Shown one piece after another: positions 48,458-57,080 of a stretch of DNA of 64,000 nt. Both the position numbers and the translations under genes were made by a program. The DNA is from Deltaproteobacteria bacterium (GTDB lineage: Bacteria > Desulfobacterota > Binatia > UBA12015), in the NCBI GenBank assembly GCA_046583355.1, contig JAYGCM010000009.1:44101-108100 (forward strand). The letters run 5' to 3'. Every line of letters starts with the position of its first letter. Positions within the stretch are counted from its first letter, which is position 1. The notes beneath the pieces were generated by a model. The model was not told the DNA's origin, searched no databases, and saw nothing but the letters and a program-made list of their open reading frames with translations.

Positions 48458-49588
48458 CTAACCCCTGATTCGAATCGGGTGGTAGGCCGTATTGTTATGA
48501 TACCAATCCTCTTCAAGCGCCAAATCGGAGTTGATCACTACGCCAAGATAATAGGTGCCCCCGAAAACCAATCCGTCCGGAATTCTCAGGGTCGTGGTGA
48601 CCGTTCGGGGCGAGTCAAAAAGGAAGTTGATCGCCCGTGAGCCTATCTCGATATCATTGTCCGAAATATTCATATTCGCCGAGATATAGAAAGAGACGCG
48701 GACATTTCGATGGTCCACCCCTCCCGGGTTTTCGAAGGTGAAGGGCACATCGACCAACTGCCCTCTCGCGACGTCGAAACGCCGCCCCACCGGGTAGGAG
48801 CGCCACTTCAGAACGAACCCCTGGTTCGTGTCTCGGATCAGCCCGAAGTCGTGAGCACTGTATTCGCCGGAGGCACCTGTTCGAACGAAGGAGGTGACCG
48901 CAAGATCATCCTGATTCCCGCGACCATAGAGGCGGACCAGCCCCAGGCCTGCGTCTTCGCCCACAGAAGGAAGATATTCGCCGTTGGTGGTCGCGTTCAG
49001 ATGAGTCGGATCCGAGCCCATGATGTTATACACACGCGATTCGTGGCTCAGCCCTGCCACGTGTCCGAGTTCGTGCAGCGCCGTTGTGTAGAAGGGCCGA
49101 AAACGGCCACGCCAGGCGGTGATATTGCGCCGTTGAAACTGATTTCCAAAATCCCACCGACTTCGATTGGAGAAGAGCACATCGCCCTCCACGATCCCCC
49201 TGCGCACCGCGAAGAACCACCAGTAGCAACGCGTCGTTCGGTAGGCCACCGCCGGCGCACCAATATCGTCAGCGGTGAAGGCGATCTGATTTCTCCCGTT
49301 CCTCGTGGAGAAGTTCCCGTGGTCGAAATCCATGATCCGGAAGTCGAACTCGCTCGCATTTCGGTTGAAAAACGTGTTGACGCTGTAGCGAAGCGCTGCA
49401 GCAAGACGCGGGTCGCTCCCGAAACTCACCGCCGCCGGGTGGATGCTGATCCTCTCGCCCGACCATCTCTGCGGCGATCCTCCGCAAGTTCTCCACCGCG
49501 CGGCGTCGCAGAGTGTTGGCAATGCCATAAGAATCAGAAGGCTCAGGTTGATAACCAAAATTCGTGATCTGCGATTCGTCGTGATCAT
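48458..49588 (-). CDS. Secreted matrixin-like (M10-type) metzincin with C-terminal CARDB/Ig-like domain
   Basis: Signal peptide; IVEGDVLF; HELGHVAGLSH; Met-turn YNIMG; GTYYLGVVINSD...NN. Confidence 0.85.
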   Translation of the reverse strand: MITTNRRSRILVINLSLLILMALPTLCDAARWRTCGGSPQRWSGERISIHPAAVSFGSDPRLAAALRYSVNTFFNRNASEFDFRIMDFDHGNFSTRNGRNQIAFTADDIGAPAVAYRTTRCYWWFFAVRRGIVEGDVLFSNRSRWDFGNQFQRRNITAWRGRFRPFYTTALHELGHVAGLSHESRVYNIMGSDPTHLNATTNGEYLPSVGEDAGLGLVRLYGRGNQDDLAVTSFVRTGASGEYSAHDFGLIRDTNQGFVLKWRSYPVGRRFDVARGQLVDVPFTFENPGGVDHRNVRVSFYISANMNISDNDIEIGSRAINFLFDSPRTVTTTLRIPDGLVFGGTYYLGVVINSDLALEEDWYHNNTAYHPIRIRG

Positions 49589-50532
49589 TTCACGCTCCCT
49601 GTGCTGGCGGACCAGCGGTCCGGGTCATATTCATCTGTCGGCTTGCGGGTTGTACGCTTTGGCCCAGCGGCGAGTTTGTGCTCCACGAAGGAGAAGGGCT
49701 GATACGGATCCTGCGAAATGAAGCCCGCCCTGGGCTTCGTGACCCGCTGGGCCGTGAGGCGGATCTGCGCCAGCAGATCCTCTATCGAGAGGGCCGTGCC
49801 AGGTGCGGTCACAGGCTCCTCAACGAGAAACTCCACGATCTCCCGCGGCGCGTTGTTCTCGTATTCCGCCCAGGCTGCTGTCTCAGACAAGCCCGACTCG
49901 GCGATCATCTCTGTGAAATCATCGCGCATCCTCAGCCCCGCAAACGACGGTGCGGGGTAGCTCCGGTAGGAAAGTGAGGGTTCCAAGCCGCCATCGAAGA
50001 TGAGCTGGGGATCACGCCGGTTGTCGTTAAGGCCGACGAGGGCGACCCCGGAGCTGCTGTACGCCCCCCCTGCGAACTCGCGGATCTGGCCCCCGTGACC
50101 ACCGACCAGCGGCGTCTCGCTCGTGCCGTTTCCGCGGACGAAGAGAATCTGCCGTTCCCCCATAACGAAGGTCGGATCGAGCGAGGTGGCGTAGTACGAA
50201 CCTTTGCCATCCGGACCTCCGTAGAAGCGAAGCGTTACAAACTCCTCACTCTTGGTGCGGCCGCGCAGCGACTCCAGCACGCGAAGAGTAACGAAAGTAT
50301 GCGGGGCTCCCTCCAATATCGGGGCCCAGGTTCCACCTGTGCCAATCGAGATACTGTTGGCAGGCCCGGCGGGGTCCGAATATTGGATCTTCGTGACCTC
50401 GCCATGAAAGACGAAGTCCGAACGCTTGAGCATACTACGGAGCCCTCCCTCCCCTCCCCCGGCCGCATAGGCGGGCCGGATGGGAAGAGCGAACGCGAGA
50501 AGCGCGGCAAAGACGAGTGTTCTGTGAGTCAT
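49585..50532 (-). CDS. Secreted hypothetical protein with TIMP/NTR-like beta-barrel pattern
   Basis: Signal peptide AYA; SDFVFHGEVTKI, TFVTLRVLESLRG, TLRFYGG, PTFVMGERQILFV; ATGA overlap with the protease. Confidence 0.7.
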   Translation of the reverse strand: MTHRTLVFAALLAFALPIRPAYAAGGGEGGLRSMLKRSDFVFHGEVTKIQYSDPAGPANSISIGTGGTWAPILEGAPHTFVTLRVLESLRGRTKSEEFVTLRFYGGPDGKGSYYATSLDPTFVMGERQILFVRGNGTSETPLVGGHGGQIREFAGGAYSSSGVALVGLNDNRRDPQLIFDGGLEPSLSYRSYPAPSFAGLRMRDDFTEMIAESGLSETAAWAEYENNAPREIVEFLVEEPVTAPGTALSIEDLLAQIRLTAQRVTKPRAGFISQDPYQPFSFVEHKLAAGPKRTTRKPTDEYDPDRWSASTGSVK

Positions 50533-50602
50533 AATCAGATTCCCTTCGATTGATGAGGTCCGATCCCATCCGTGGACCCTCCTCTTGCTACACCCTCAGG
50601 GC

Positions 50603-50640
50603 GTGACGAATGCCGGCGAACATGTGACAGTTGGTGTCAC
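50603..50640. promoter_or_regulatory. Palindromic operator candidate GTGACA-N5-TGTCAC plus upstream GTGAC half-site
   Basis: Perfect inverted repeat 50624-50640; GTGAC at 50603, 21 bp earlier; divergent intergenic region. Confidence 0.5.
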
Positions 50641-50675
50641 GATCCCGCTCAACCCGTGTTTCGCCCCGCGACACA

Positions 50676-53600
50676 ATGAAAACCATCCAGAAATCCACAA
50701 AGTTTTCCTTGACGCATCAGGGAAAGGAAAATCTGGTGATCGGTCGCGAACGCGAGCAAAGCCTGCTGGATAGTTGGCTTGATGATGCCATCTTCGGGGT
50801 GGGGGGCTTGGTTCTGATCTCCGGCGCTGGCGGTATCGGCAAGACCTGCCTGGTCCGCGAGCTTGAGCGGAAGGCGGCTGCACGCGGCGTCCAGGTCGGC
50901 CATGGCCTCCTCGAGCCCGGACCCCGCGCGGGACTGCCCGGCCCGTGGCCTCGCATTCTGCGACGCCTATCCGGTGAGGATTGTCTCGAACTCTACAAGG
51001 ATTTGGCGGCCGGCGAACCCGAGGCTCCCGGCCCCCCCTCGCGCCCGGGCAGCTTCCTCTCAGGCTCGGGCCTGCGAGCAGGTCGATTGGCGACCCGTCT
51101 CATCGATGCGCTCTCCTCGGCCGCGACCGACGCACCCCTGCTCCTTGTCTTCGATGACGCCCATTGGCTCGATCCGGCCTCGGCCGAAACACTGATGCTG
51201 GTGGCCGATGCCGCTGAACAATTACCGATTTTACTTGTCGCGGTTGCCCGGAGCGAATCTCACGAGGCGGACCCCACCACCGAGGTCGCGCTGCGCGCCC
51301 TCAAAGCCACCGCATTCGATCGCAGGCTTGCACTCGCGCCGCTTGGCCGTGAGAGCATCGCTGAAATTCTCGGCGCGCCTCTGGTACGCCTTCTGGGCGG
51401 GGCGGCTACGGCGGCTGCCTTGACGCTCGGCAACCCTCTGCTTGCGGCAGAGCTACGTCGCGCGAGCCGCCCGGAGACGGAGCTGCTGCGCGGCGACGCG
51501 CTGGACGTGAGCCTGTCGGGACTGGTTACCGCGAGGCTCTCCGGACTGGACGCCCGGACCCGTGAGTTCGCCGACGCCGTGGCGCTTTGCATCGATCCCG
51601 TCGATTCAGGCTTGCTGGCCGAAGTCCTCGAAGCCGACATCGCCGACATCGAAAGACAAATCTCCACACCACAATTGGCCGGCCTGATCACTCCCGCCGG
51701 CGAGGAACTCGGGGTGCAGGTCGCACACGATCTCCTGCGCCATGCGCTCGTAGAGGCGATTCCTCCGGCCTCGCGCCGACTCCTGCATACCCGTCTCGCG
51801 AAAGCCTTCCTCGCACGCCGCGAGCGGCATATCGCGATCCCCGCCAGCACGATCGCCCACCATGCCTGCGAAGCCGTTCCAGAGTTTCCCGGGGAAAAAG
51901 CGGCCCGATGGGCGGCCGAGGCGGCCAATGCGGCCAACGTCGCAGAGGCCTATTCTTCGGCACGGAAATGGGTCCGCCACGGGCTGCACGCCCTGGCGGT
52001 CGATGGCAGCGCAAGCGCACCAATGGTGCGGGCCTGGTTGTTGGCCGAGGGATTCGGGGCAGACACGGTCGTCGATCCCGACACGGCGTTGGCCCGCCTC
52101 CGGGAATGTGCTGCCCTCGCGACCGAGGTCGATGTCGGCGAAAATGTGGGCCTGGTCTTCCTGCTGGTAGACATCGAGAAAGGGCGCTCGAACCAGCCGG
52201 GTCTGGTGACGGAACTTCTGATGGTCGTCGAGGCCGCCCTGCATCGCCTACCCGATGCCACGCGCCCCAGCCCAACGAATGCGCCGGACCTGGAGAACGA
52301 AGTCTCGCTGCGCATCGGCCTGCTCTGCCGTAAGGCCTCCCTCCTCGACCGGCTCCCCGATTCGTCGGTCCGAGAGCAATGCGAGCAGCTTGCGAACAAG
52401 GCATTGGTACTCAGCGCCGCCAAGGGGATCGATCGAGACAGCCGCGCGACAGCCATCGGAACCGAACTCCTTCTCAATTCCGGAGCGTTCGGGCGCCCAC
52501 CAGCCGAGCGTTTGGAACTCGCTGAAGAGCTGGAGTCAATCTCTGGAACTCGCGCCGACTTCAGGCTGCTGACCAGTAGCTCCCAGGTAATCGACTATCT
52601 CGGTACCGGACGCCCCGAGGAGGCCGACCGCGCGATCGACCGATTTTCCAGGCAGGTCGCGTCGACCTCCAACCATCCGCTCTCGTGGTACACCTTCAGT
52701 CTACGAGCGATGCGCGCGGCCATGCGAGCCGATGTTGCGGGCGCGCGCCGTTTCCTCGACGCGTCCCTGGAAGCCTCCGGGCCCGCCCAGTACCCGGAGG
52801 CTTCGACCTCGGCGGTGGTCCTCCTCTGGCACCTCTGCGAGATCTCCGGAATCGCAATGCATCTTGTTCCGCTACTCCCCGGCCACGACCCCTTGCCGGC
52901 GGAGCTGACCGGTATTGGCGTGGAGGCTGGCAGCTCCACCGCCGACTCGCACCCTCTGCTGCGCCCGTGGAGCCCCATCCTCAACGACTTTGCTGCCGGG
53001 GCGGGAGACCGGAACTCCGCGAACCCGGAAGGGGCCAGCCGCGTTCCGATCGGCGCCAATATCGACCTGAACCAGCACTGGCGCGCCGGCTACGCAAAGT
53101 TGATGTCGCGCACGCTGAACCGACCTGACGCTGCGCGTTGGATCATCGACGAAATGGCCGGCGGAAACTTCGGTGAGATCCCCCGCGACTTCCAATGGCT
53201 CTCCTCGATCTGCCTGATCGCCGAGGCCTGTTTCGACCTCAACCACCTACCGGGTGCCACCCGGATTCTCGCCATGTTGAAGCCTTTTCTCGGGCGCTTC
53301 CCTCTCTCGGGCCGGGGCGCGGTCTGCGGCGGATTGGTCGCCGGCAACGCTGCCCCGCTCGCCTTTCTCACGGGCGATCTGGCAAGAGCCGAGCATCTCA
53401 GCAGCCAGGCGATCCAGGCAAACGACGCTGCCGGCGCGATCTTCTTCGCAGCGACCTGCCGACTGGAGAGAGCTGAATTTCTCTACCGCACGGGTGCCCC
53501 GCATCGACGCGCCGACGCCCGGGATTTCGCGAACGCCGGAATCACGCTGGTCGATCAATACGACCTCGGAGGCCTGGCCCGATGGGTCGAGCGTCTCCGC

Positions 53601-54272
53601 GCCCACGACGGATCCCTGGCGGCCGATCACCGTGGCGGAGATCCCACGGCGGTGCGACGAGCACCGGCTGGCGAGAGCGGAATCTTCTGCAGGCAAGGCG
53701 ACACCTGGCTGCTCGGCTGGCAAGGCGAGGAGACACGGCTCCGCCATCAACGTGGCCTGGCCTTCATCCGTACTCTGCTGGAGCGTCCCCATGAGACTAT
53801 TCACAGCCGTGAGTTGATGGCCGAGGGTGCGACTGAGACGAGTCTCGAAGCCGGCGAACAAGGCCTCCGCTCCGGCGAGTTGGGGCTGGCCGACGACTCC
53901 GGCCTTGAGGCCATCGACGCGCAAGCACTCAGAAACTACCGGGCCCGCATCACCGAACTGCACCGCGAGCTGGCCGAAGCCGAAGCCCACCACGACATCG
54001 GACGCACACAGGCCCTGCACCACGAGCTCGATGCCATCAGCGAGGCAATCCACTCCTCCACGGGGCTTGGTGGCCGACGACGCAGGACCTCGTCCGATAG
54101 CGAACGTGCCCGTTCGGCCGTCCGCAAGCGCGTAAAGGCAGCCCTCGATCGCATCCGACGCGACCTCCCGTCCCTTCACGCCCACCTCGTCACCCACCTG
54201 CAGACGGGAACGCTTTGCAGCTACGCGCCTGAAACCATGCCAGCGTGGAAGACGGTTTCCCGCGAGATCTGA
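50676..54272 (+). CDS. Large STAND-type (AAA_16-like) ATPase/transcriptional regulator (start uncertain)
   Basis: GRERE, Walker A GAGGIGKT, Walker B LLVFDDAHW, GNPL, helical repeats, C-terminal GLAFIRTLLERP...ERARSAV..TGTLCSY domain. Confidence 0.85.
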   Translation: MKTIQKSTKFSLTHQGKENLVIGREREQSLLDSWLDDAIFGVGGLVLISGAGGIGKTCLVRELERKAAARGVQVGHGLLEPGPRAGLPGPWPRILRRLSGEDCLELYKDLAAGEPEAPGPPSRPGSFLSGSGLRAGRLATRLIDALSSAATDAPLLLVFDDAHWLDPASAETLMLVADAAEQLPILLVAVARSESHEADPTTEVALRALKATAFDRRLALAPLGRESIAEILGAPLVRLLGGAATAAALTLGNPLLAAELRRASRPETELLRGDALDVSLSGLVTARLSGLDARTREFADAVALCIDPVDSGLLAEVLEADIADIERQISTPQLAGLITPAGEELGVQVAHDLLRHALVEAIPPASRRLLHTRLAKAFLARRERHIAIPASTIAHHACEAVPEFPGEKAARWAAEAANAANVAEAYSSARKWVRHGLHALAVDGSASAPMVRAWLLAEGFGADTVVDPDTALARLRECAALATEVDVGENVGLVFLLVDIEKGRSNQPGLVTELLMVVEAALHRLPDATRPSPTNAPDLENEVSLRIGLLCRKASLLDRLPDSSVREQCEQLANKALVLSAAKGIDRDSRATAIGTELLLNSGAFGRPPAERLELAEELESISGTRADFRLLTSSSQVIDYLGTGRPEEADRAIDRFSRQVASTSNHPLSWYTFSLRAMRAAMRADVAGARRFLDASLEASGPAQYPEASTSAVVLLWHLCEISGIAMHLVPLLPGHDPLPAELTGIGVEAGSSTADSHPLLRPWSPILNDFAAGAGDRNSANPEGASRVPIGANIDLNQHWRAGYAKLMSRTLNRPDAARWIIDEMAGGNFGEIPRDFQWLSSICLIAEACFDLNHLPGATRILAMLKPFLGRFPLSGRGAVCGGLVAGNAAPLAFLTGDLARAEHLSSQAIQANDAAGAIFFAATCRLERAEFLYRTGAPHRRADARDFANAGITLVDQYDLGGLARWVERLRAHDGSLAADHRGGDPTAVRRAPAGESGIFCRQGDTWLLGWQGEETRLRHQRGLAFIRTLLERPHETIHSRELMAEGATETSLEAGEQGLRSGELGLADDSGLEAIDAQALRNYRARITELHRELAEAEAHHDIGRTQALHHELDAISEAIHSSTGLGGRRRRTSSDSERARSAVRKRVKAALDRIRRDLPSLHAHLVTHLQTGTLCSYAPETMPAWKTVSREI

Positions 54273-54295
54273 GCCCTGCTTCTCGGCCCGGACCT

Positions 54296-55252
54296 CTAGA
54301 TGCGTAGTCCGGTTGTTTCGGGCAGCCCGAGCATCAAATTAAGATTCTGTACGGCGGCGCCCGAGGCGCCCTTGCCGAGATTGTCAAGCAGTCCGATCAG
54401 CACGACATGGCCGTCGGGGTGCGGTGCGATATGCAACTCGACGGAGTTGGTCCCGTTGCATCGCTGCGGATCGAGGCTGGTCTCCTCGGTCGTGAACGGA
54501 TCGTGCAGTGGCGCTACGCGCACGAACACCTCATGTGCGTAGCGATCTTCGAGGAGTTCGTGGATACGCGCGGCGCTGGCCCCCTTCGCCAATATGCCGG
54601 CATGCAGGGGCATCTCGACCCGCATGCCGCAGGCAAAGGGGCCTACGGCAGGCAGGAATTGCGGCGCATGCAAAAGCCCGGTGAAACGGATCATCTCGGG
54701 CACATGCTTATGTTGACGGTCGAAGGAATAGGGCGCCTCAAAGGGAAGCCCGACCAATCCGCTGGCCGGATCCTGCCACTTCTCGATCAGGCTCTTGCCG
54801 CCGCCGGTATAGCCCGAGAGCGCGTGCAGAGTGATCGGCGCTGCGGCCGGGAGCAGGCCTTCTTCGACCAGCGGGGCAATAGCCAGGATCACGCTGGTCG
54901 GGTAACAACCCGGGTTGGCGACAAAGCGGCTCGCGACGATTTTCGTGCGCTGCGTCGCCGTCATCTCAGGCAGGCCGTAGACGAAAGCGGGATCGACCCG
55001 ATGCGCCGTGCTCGCGTCGATGATTTTCGTTGCCGAATCCGCCACCGCAGCCACAGCCTCGCGCGCGGCCTCGTCGGGCAGGCAAAGAATCGCGGCGTCG
55101 GCCTCCAGCAACAAGGCGCGGCGCACTGCGGGGTTCTTGCGGTCCGCCTCAGACGGCGCCAGCACCTCGATATCGGACCGCGCCGCCAGCGTCTCGTGGA
55201 TGCGCAACCCTGTAGTGCCGACGTGCCCGTCTATGAATACCCGGAAGGCCAT
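54296..55252 (-). CDS. argC: N-acetyl-gamma-glutamyl-phosphate reductase (type 2)
   Basis: VFIDGHVGTTGL, IIDASTAHR, ANPGCYPT, DNLGKGASGAAVQNLN. Confidence 0.95.
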   Translation of the reverse strand: MAFRVFIDGHVGTTGLRIHETLAARSDIEVLAPSEADRKNPAVRRALLLEADAAILCLPDEAAREAVAAVADSATKIIDASTAHRVDPAFVYGLPEMTATQRTKIVASRFVANPGCYPTSVILAIAPLVEEGLLPAAAPITLHALSGYTGGGKSLIEKWQDPASGLVGLPFEAPYSFDRQHKHVPEMIRFTGLLHAPQFLPAVGPFACGMRVEMPLHAGILAKGASAARIHELLEDRYAHEVFVRVAPLHDPFTTEETSLDPQRCNGTNSVELHIAPHPDGHVVLIGLLDNLGKGASGAAVQNLNLMLGLPETTGLRI

Positions 55253-55347
55253 CTATGCATCATCGCGTTCGCAACCAGCCCGCGCCAGTCCGGGCGCGCC
55301 AGTCCGGGGACGTTTGTTACATTTTCCCGAATTATCCGAGCGCGGCT

Positions 55348-55893
55348 TCAGCTCTCCGGCAGCGGTGGCAGGCCCCTTTCGGGCTGAATGCCCACCGAAT
55401 TCAACGCCATCGATACCAAGTGGTATTGGCCGACCAGGAAGATCAGGTCGAAAATCTGCTGGGTCGAGAAGTGTTCGGTGAGGCCCTTCCAGGTCTCATC
55501 GACGATGAAATAATCTTCATGCAGCTCGTCGGTCGCCTGGAGGACGAGCCGCTCGACCTCGCTCCAGCCAGCAGCCGAAGGCCCGCTGGTCACGCGTGCG
55601 ATCTCTTCCTTGCTCAGACCCGAGAGCTCGCCGATCAGCGCATGCTGGCCCCATTCGTAGCCGGCGCGACAGAGCCAGCCGACTCGCAGCACGGCAAGCT
55701 CACGCTCGCGCGCAGGCAGGGTCGAACTCACCAGAATCCGGTTGCCGAAGCGTAGCCAGTCTTCGAGCAACTTCGGGTGGTGCGCCAGAGTCCGGAAGAT
55801 ATGCAACTCGGAGCCCTTGCCAAGCGCCTTGCGCACCCCCGCGGGAACATCCTCCACTGCGAGCATCTCAATTCTTGGTTTATCCAGGCGCAT
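55348..55893 (-). CDS. Carboxymuconolactone decarboxylase (AhpD-like) family protein
   Basis: IFRTLAHHP, RERELAVLRVGW, YEWGQH. Confidence 0.88.
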   Translation of the reverse strand: MRLDKPRIEMLAVEDVPAGVRKALGKGSELHIFRTLAHHPKLLEDWLRFGNRILVSSTLPARERELAVLRVGWLCRAGYEWGQHALIGELSGLSKEEIARVTSGPSAAGWSEVERLVLQATDELHEDYFIVDETWKGLTEHFSTQQIFDLIFLVGQYHLVSMALNSVGIQPERGLPPLPES

Positions 55894-55994
55894 GACCCTC
55901 TCTCCTCTTTGCCGGGTGTGCGGGTTCGACTCGAACCCTCCTTCCACCACCGGCTCCGCCGATATCCACTCATCCGCTCCTCGTGTAAAGAGCC

Positions 55995-56972
55995 ATGCAG
56001 GACAATCTCATGAACGACGACGAGGCAAAGCCAGCGGACAAGCGCAGCTCACGGGCGCGGACAGCGTTGCGCCTCGCCGTCAGCGGCCTGATTCTCGGCC
56101 TGCTCGCCAGCCAGATCGGGCTGGCGAAAATTGGCGACGTGCTCGCGAGCGCCGAGCCCGCCTGGTTCCTCCTCGCCTTTCTCAGCTATAATACGGGTCA
56201 GGTCGTGAGCGCATTGCGCTGGCGCCAACTAGCGCAGGCCATCGGTTTCCGGACACCCGCGCTGCCGATGGTCCGCTTCTATTTCATCGGCATGTTCTTC
56301 GGCATCGCGGTGCCGAGTATCCTCGGTACCGATGGCACGCGCGCCCTCTATCTCGGCCAGCAGGAGCCCGGACGTGCCCGCGCGCTCTCGAGCGTGATCG
56401 GCGACCGCGTGGTCGGACTGGTCACCTTGATGGCGATCGCCGCGCTCGGGCTCGCTTTGGGGCCGCGTGGCGATCTACCGCCGCTGCTCGCGCTGGGCCT
56501 CGGCGCGCTGGCCTCGGCCTCGCTGCTGGCCTGGCTCCTCACCCCCACGTTGGCGTCCCGCCTGCCGGCCGGGAGCCGGCTCCGCACGCTGGTCCAGGGG
56601 GATTTGCTGCCGCTCTTCCGTCACCCGGCTCTTCTGAGCCGCGCTTTTTTGCTCTCTACGACGGTCCATCTGATGCATATCGCCGGGCAGAAGGCGCTGA
56701 CCGAAGCCCTTGGCCTGGACGTGAGCTGGGGCTTCATCGCGATCTACCACCCGTTGATTGTGCTCGCGACGGCGATCCCGATCACTCTCGGCGGCTTCGG
56801 CCTGCGCGAGGCTGCCTACGCCTTGCTCCTGCCCTTTGCCGGAATCGCAGCCGATGATGCGGTCGTTCTCTCGCTTCTTTGGTGGATGGTCGGCGCATTG
56901 GGCGGCCTCCTCGGCGGCGTGCTCTATGCCGCAGCACCGGCTGCCCTACGCTCTCCGCAAGCCCCGCGCTGA
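55995..56972 (+). CDS. Lysylphosphatidylglycerol synthase TM / UPF0104 flippase-like protein
   Basis: ALRWRQL, FIGMFF..PS.LG.D..R, DRVVGL, PITLGGFGLRE. Confidence 0.88.
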   Translation: MQDNLMNDDEAKPADKRSSRARTALRLAVSGLILGLLASQIGLAKIGDVLASAEPAWFLLAFLSYNTGQVVSALRWRQLAQAIGFRTPALPMVRFYFIGMFFGIAVPSILGTDGTRALYLGQQEPGRARALSSVIGDRVVGLVTLMAIAALGLALGPRGDLPPLLALGLGALASASLLAWLLTPTLASRLPAGSRLRTLVQGDLLPLFRHPALLSRAFLLSTTVHLMHIAGQKALTEALGLDVSWGFIAIYHPLIVLATAIPITLGGFGLREAAYALLLPFAGIAADDAVVLSLLWWMVGALGGLLGGVLYAAAPAALRSPQAPR

Positions 56973-57080
56973 GGTAGCCGAGAGGCCAACCAAACCCGTC
57001 CGCGACCACACAGCAAGCGGCTGGGGCGTTCCGCTCGCCTTCGCTTGTCCCCGGGCACCGAAAGGTCATAGGAAGAGCAG

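Noticed and set aside
50676..54272. STAND protein as an Avs/NLR-like antiphage system
   Set aside because: No N-terminal nuclease, TIR, SIR2 or protease effector; architecture fits a transcriptional regulator.
55281..55308. 14-bp tandem duplication CGCGCCAGTCCGGG upstream of argC
   Set aside because: Two copies only; simplest explanation is slippage; not an ARG box.
55915..55950. tRNA-like GGGTTCGACTC...CCACCA
   Set aside because: It is a GGGTTCGA-C-TCGAACCC palindrome; no T-stem, acceptor stem or anticodon arm could be folded.
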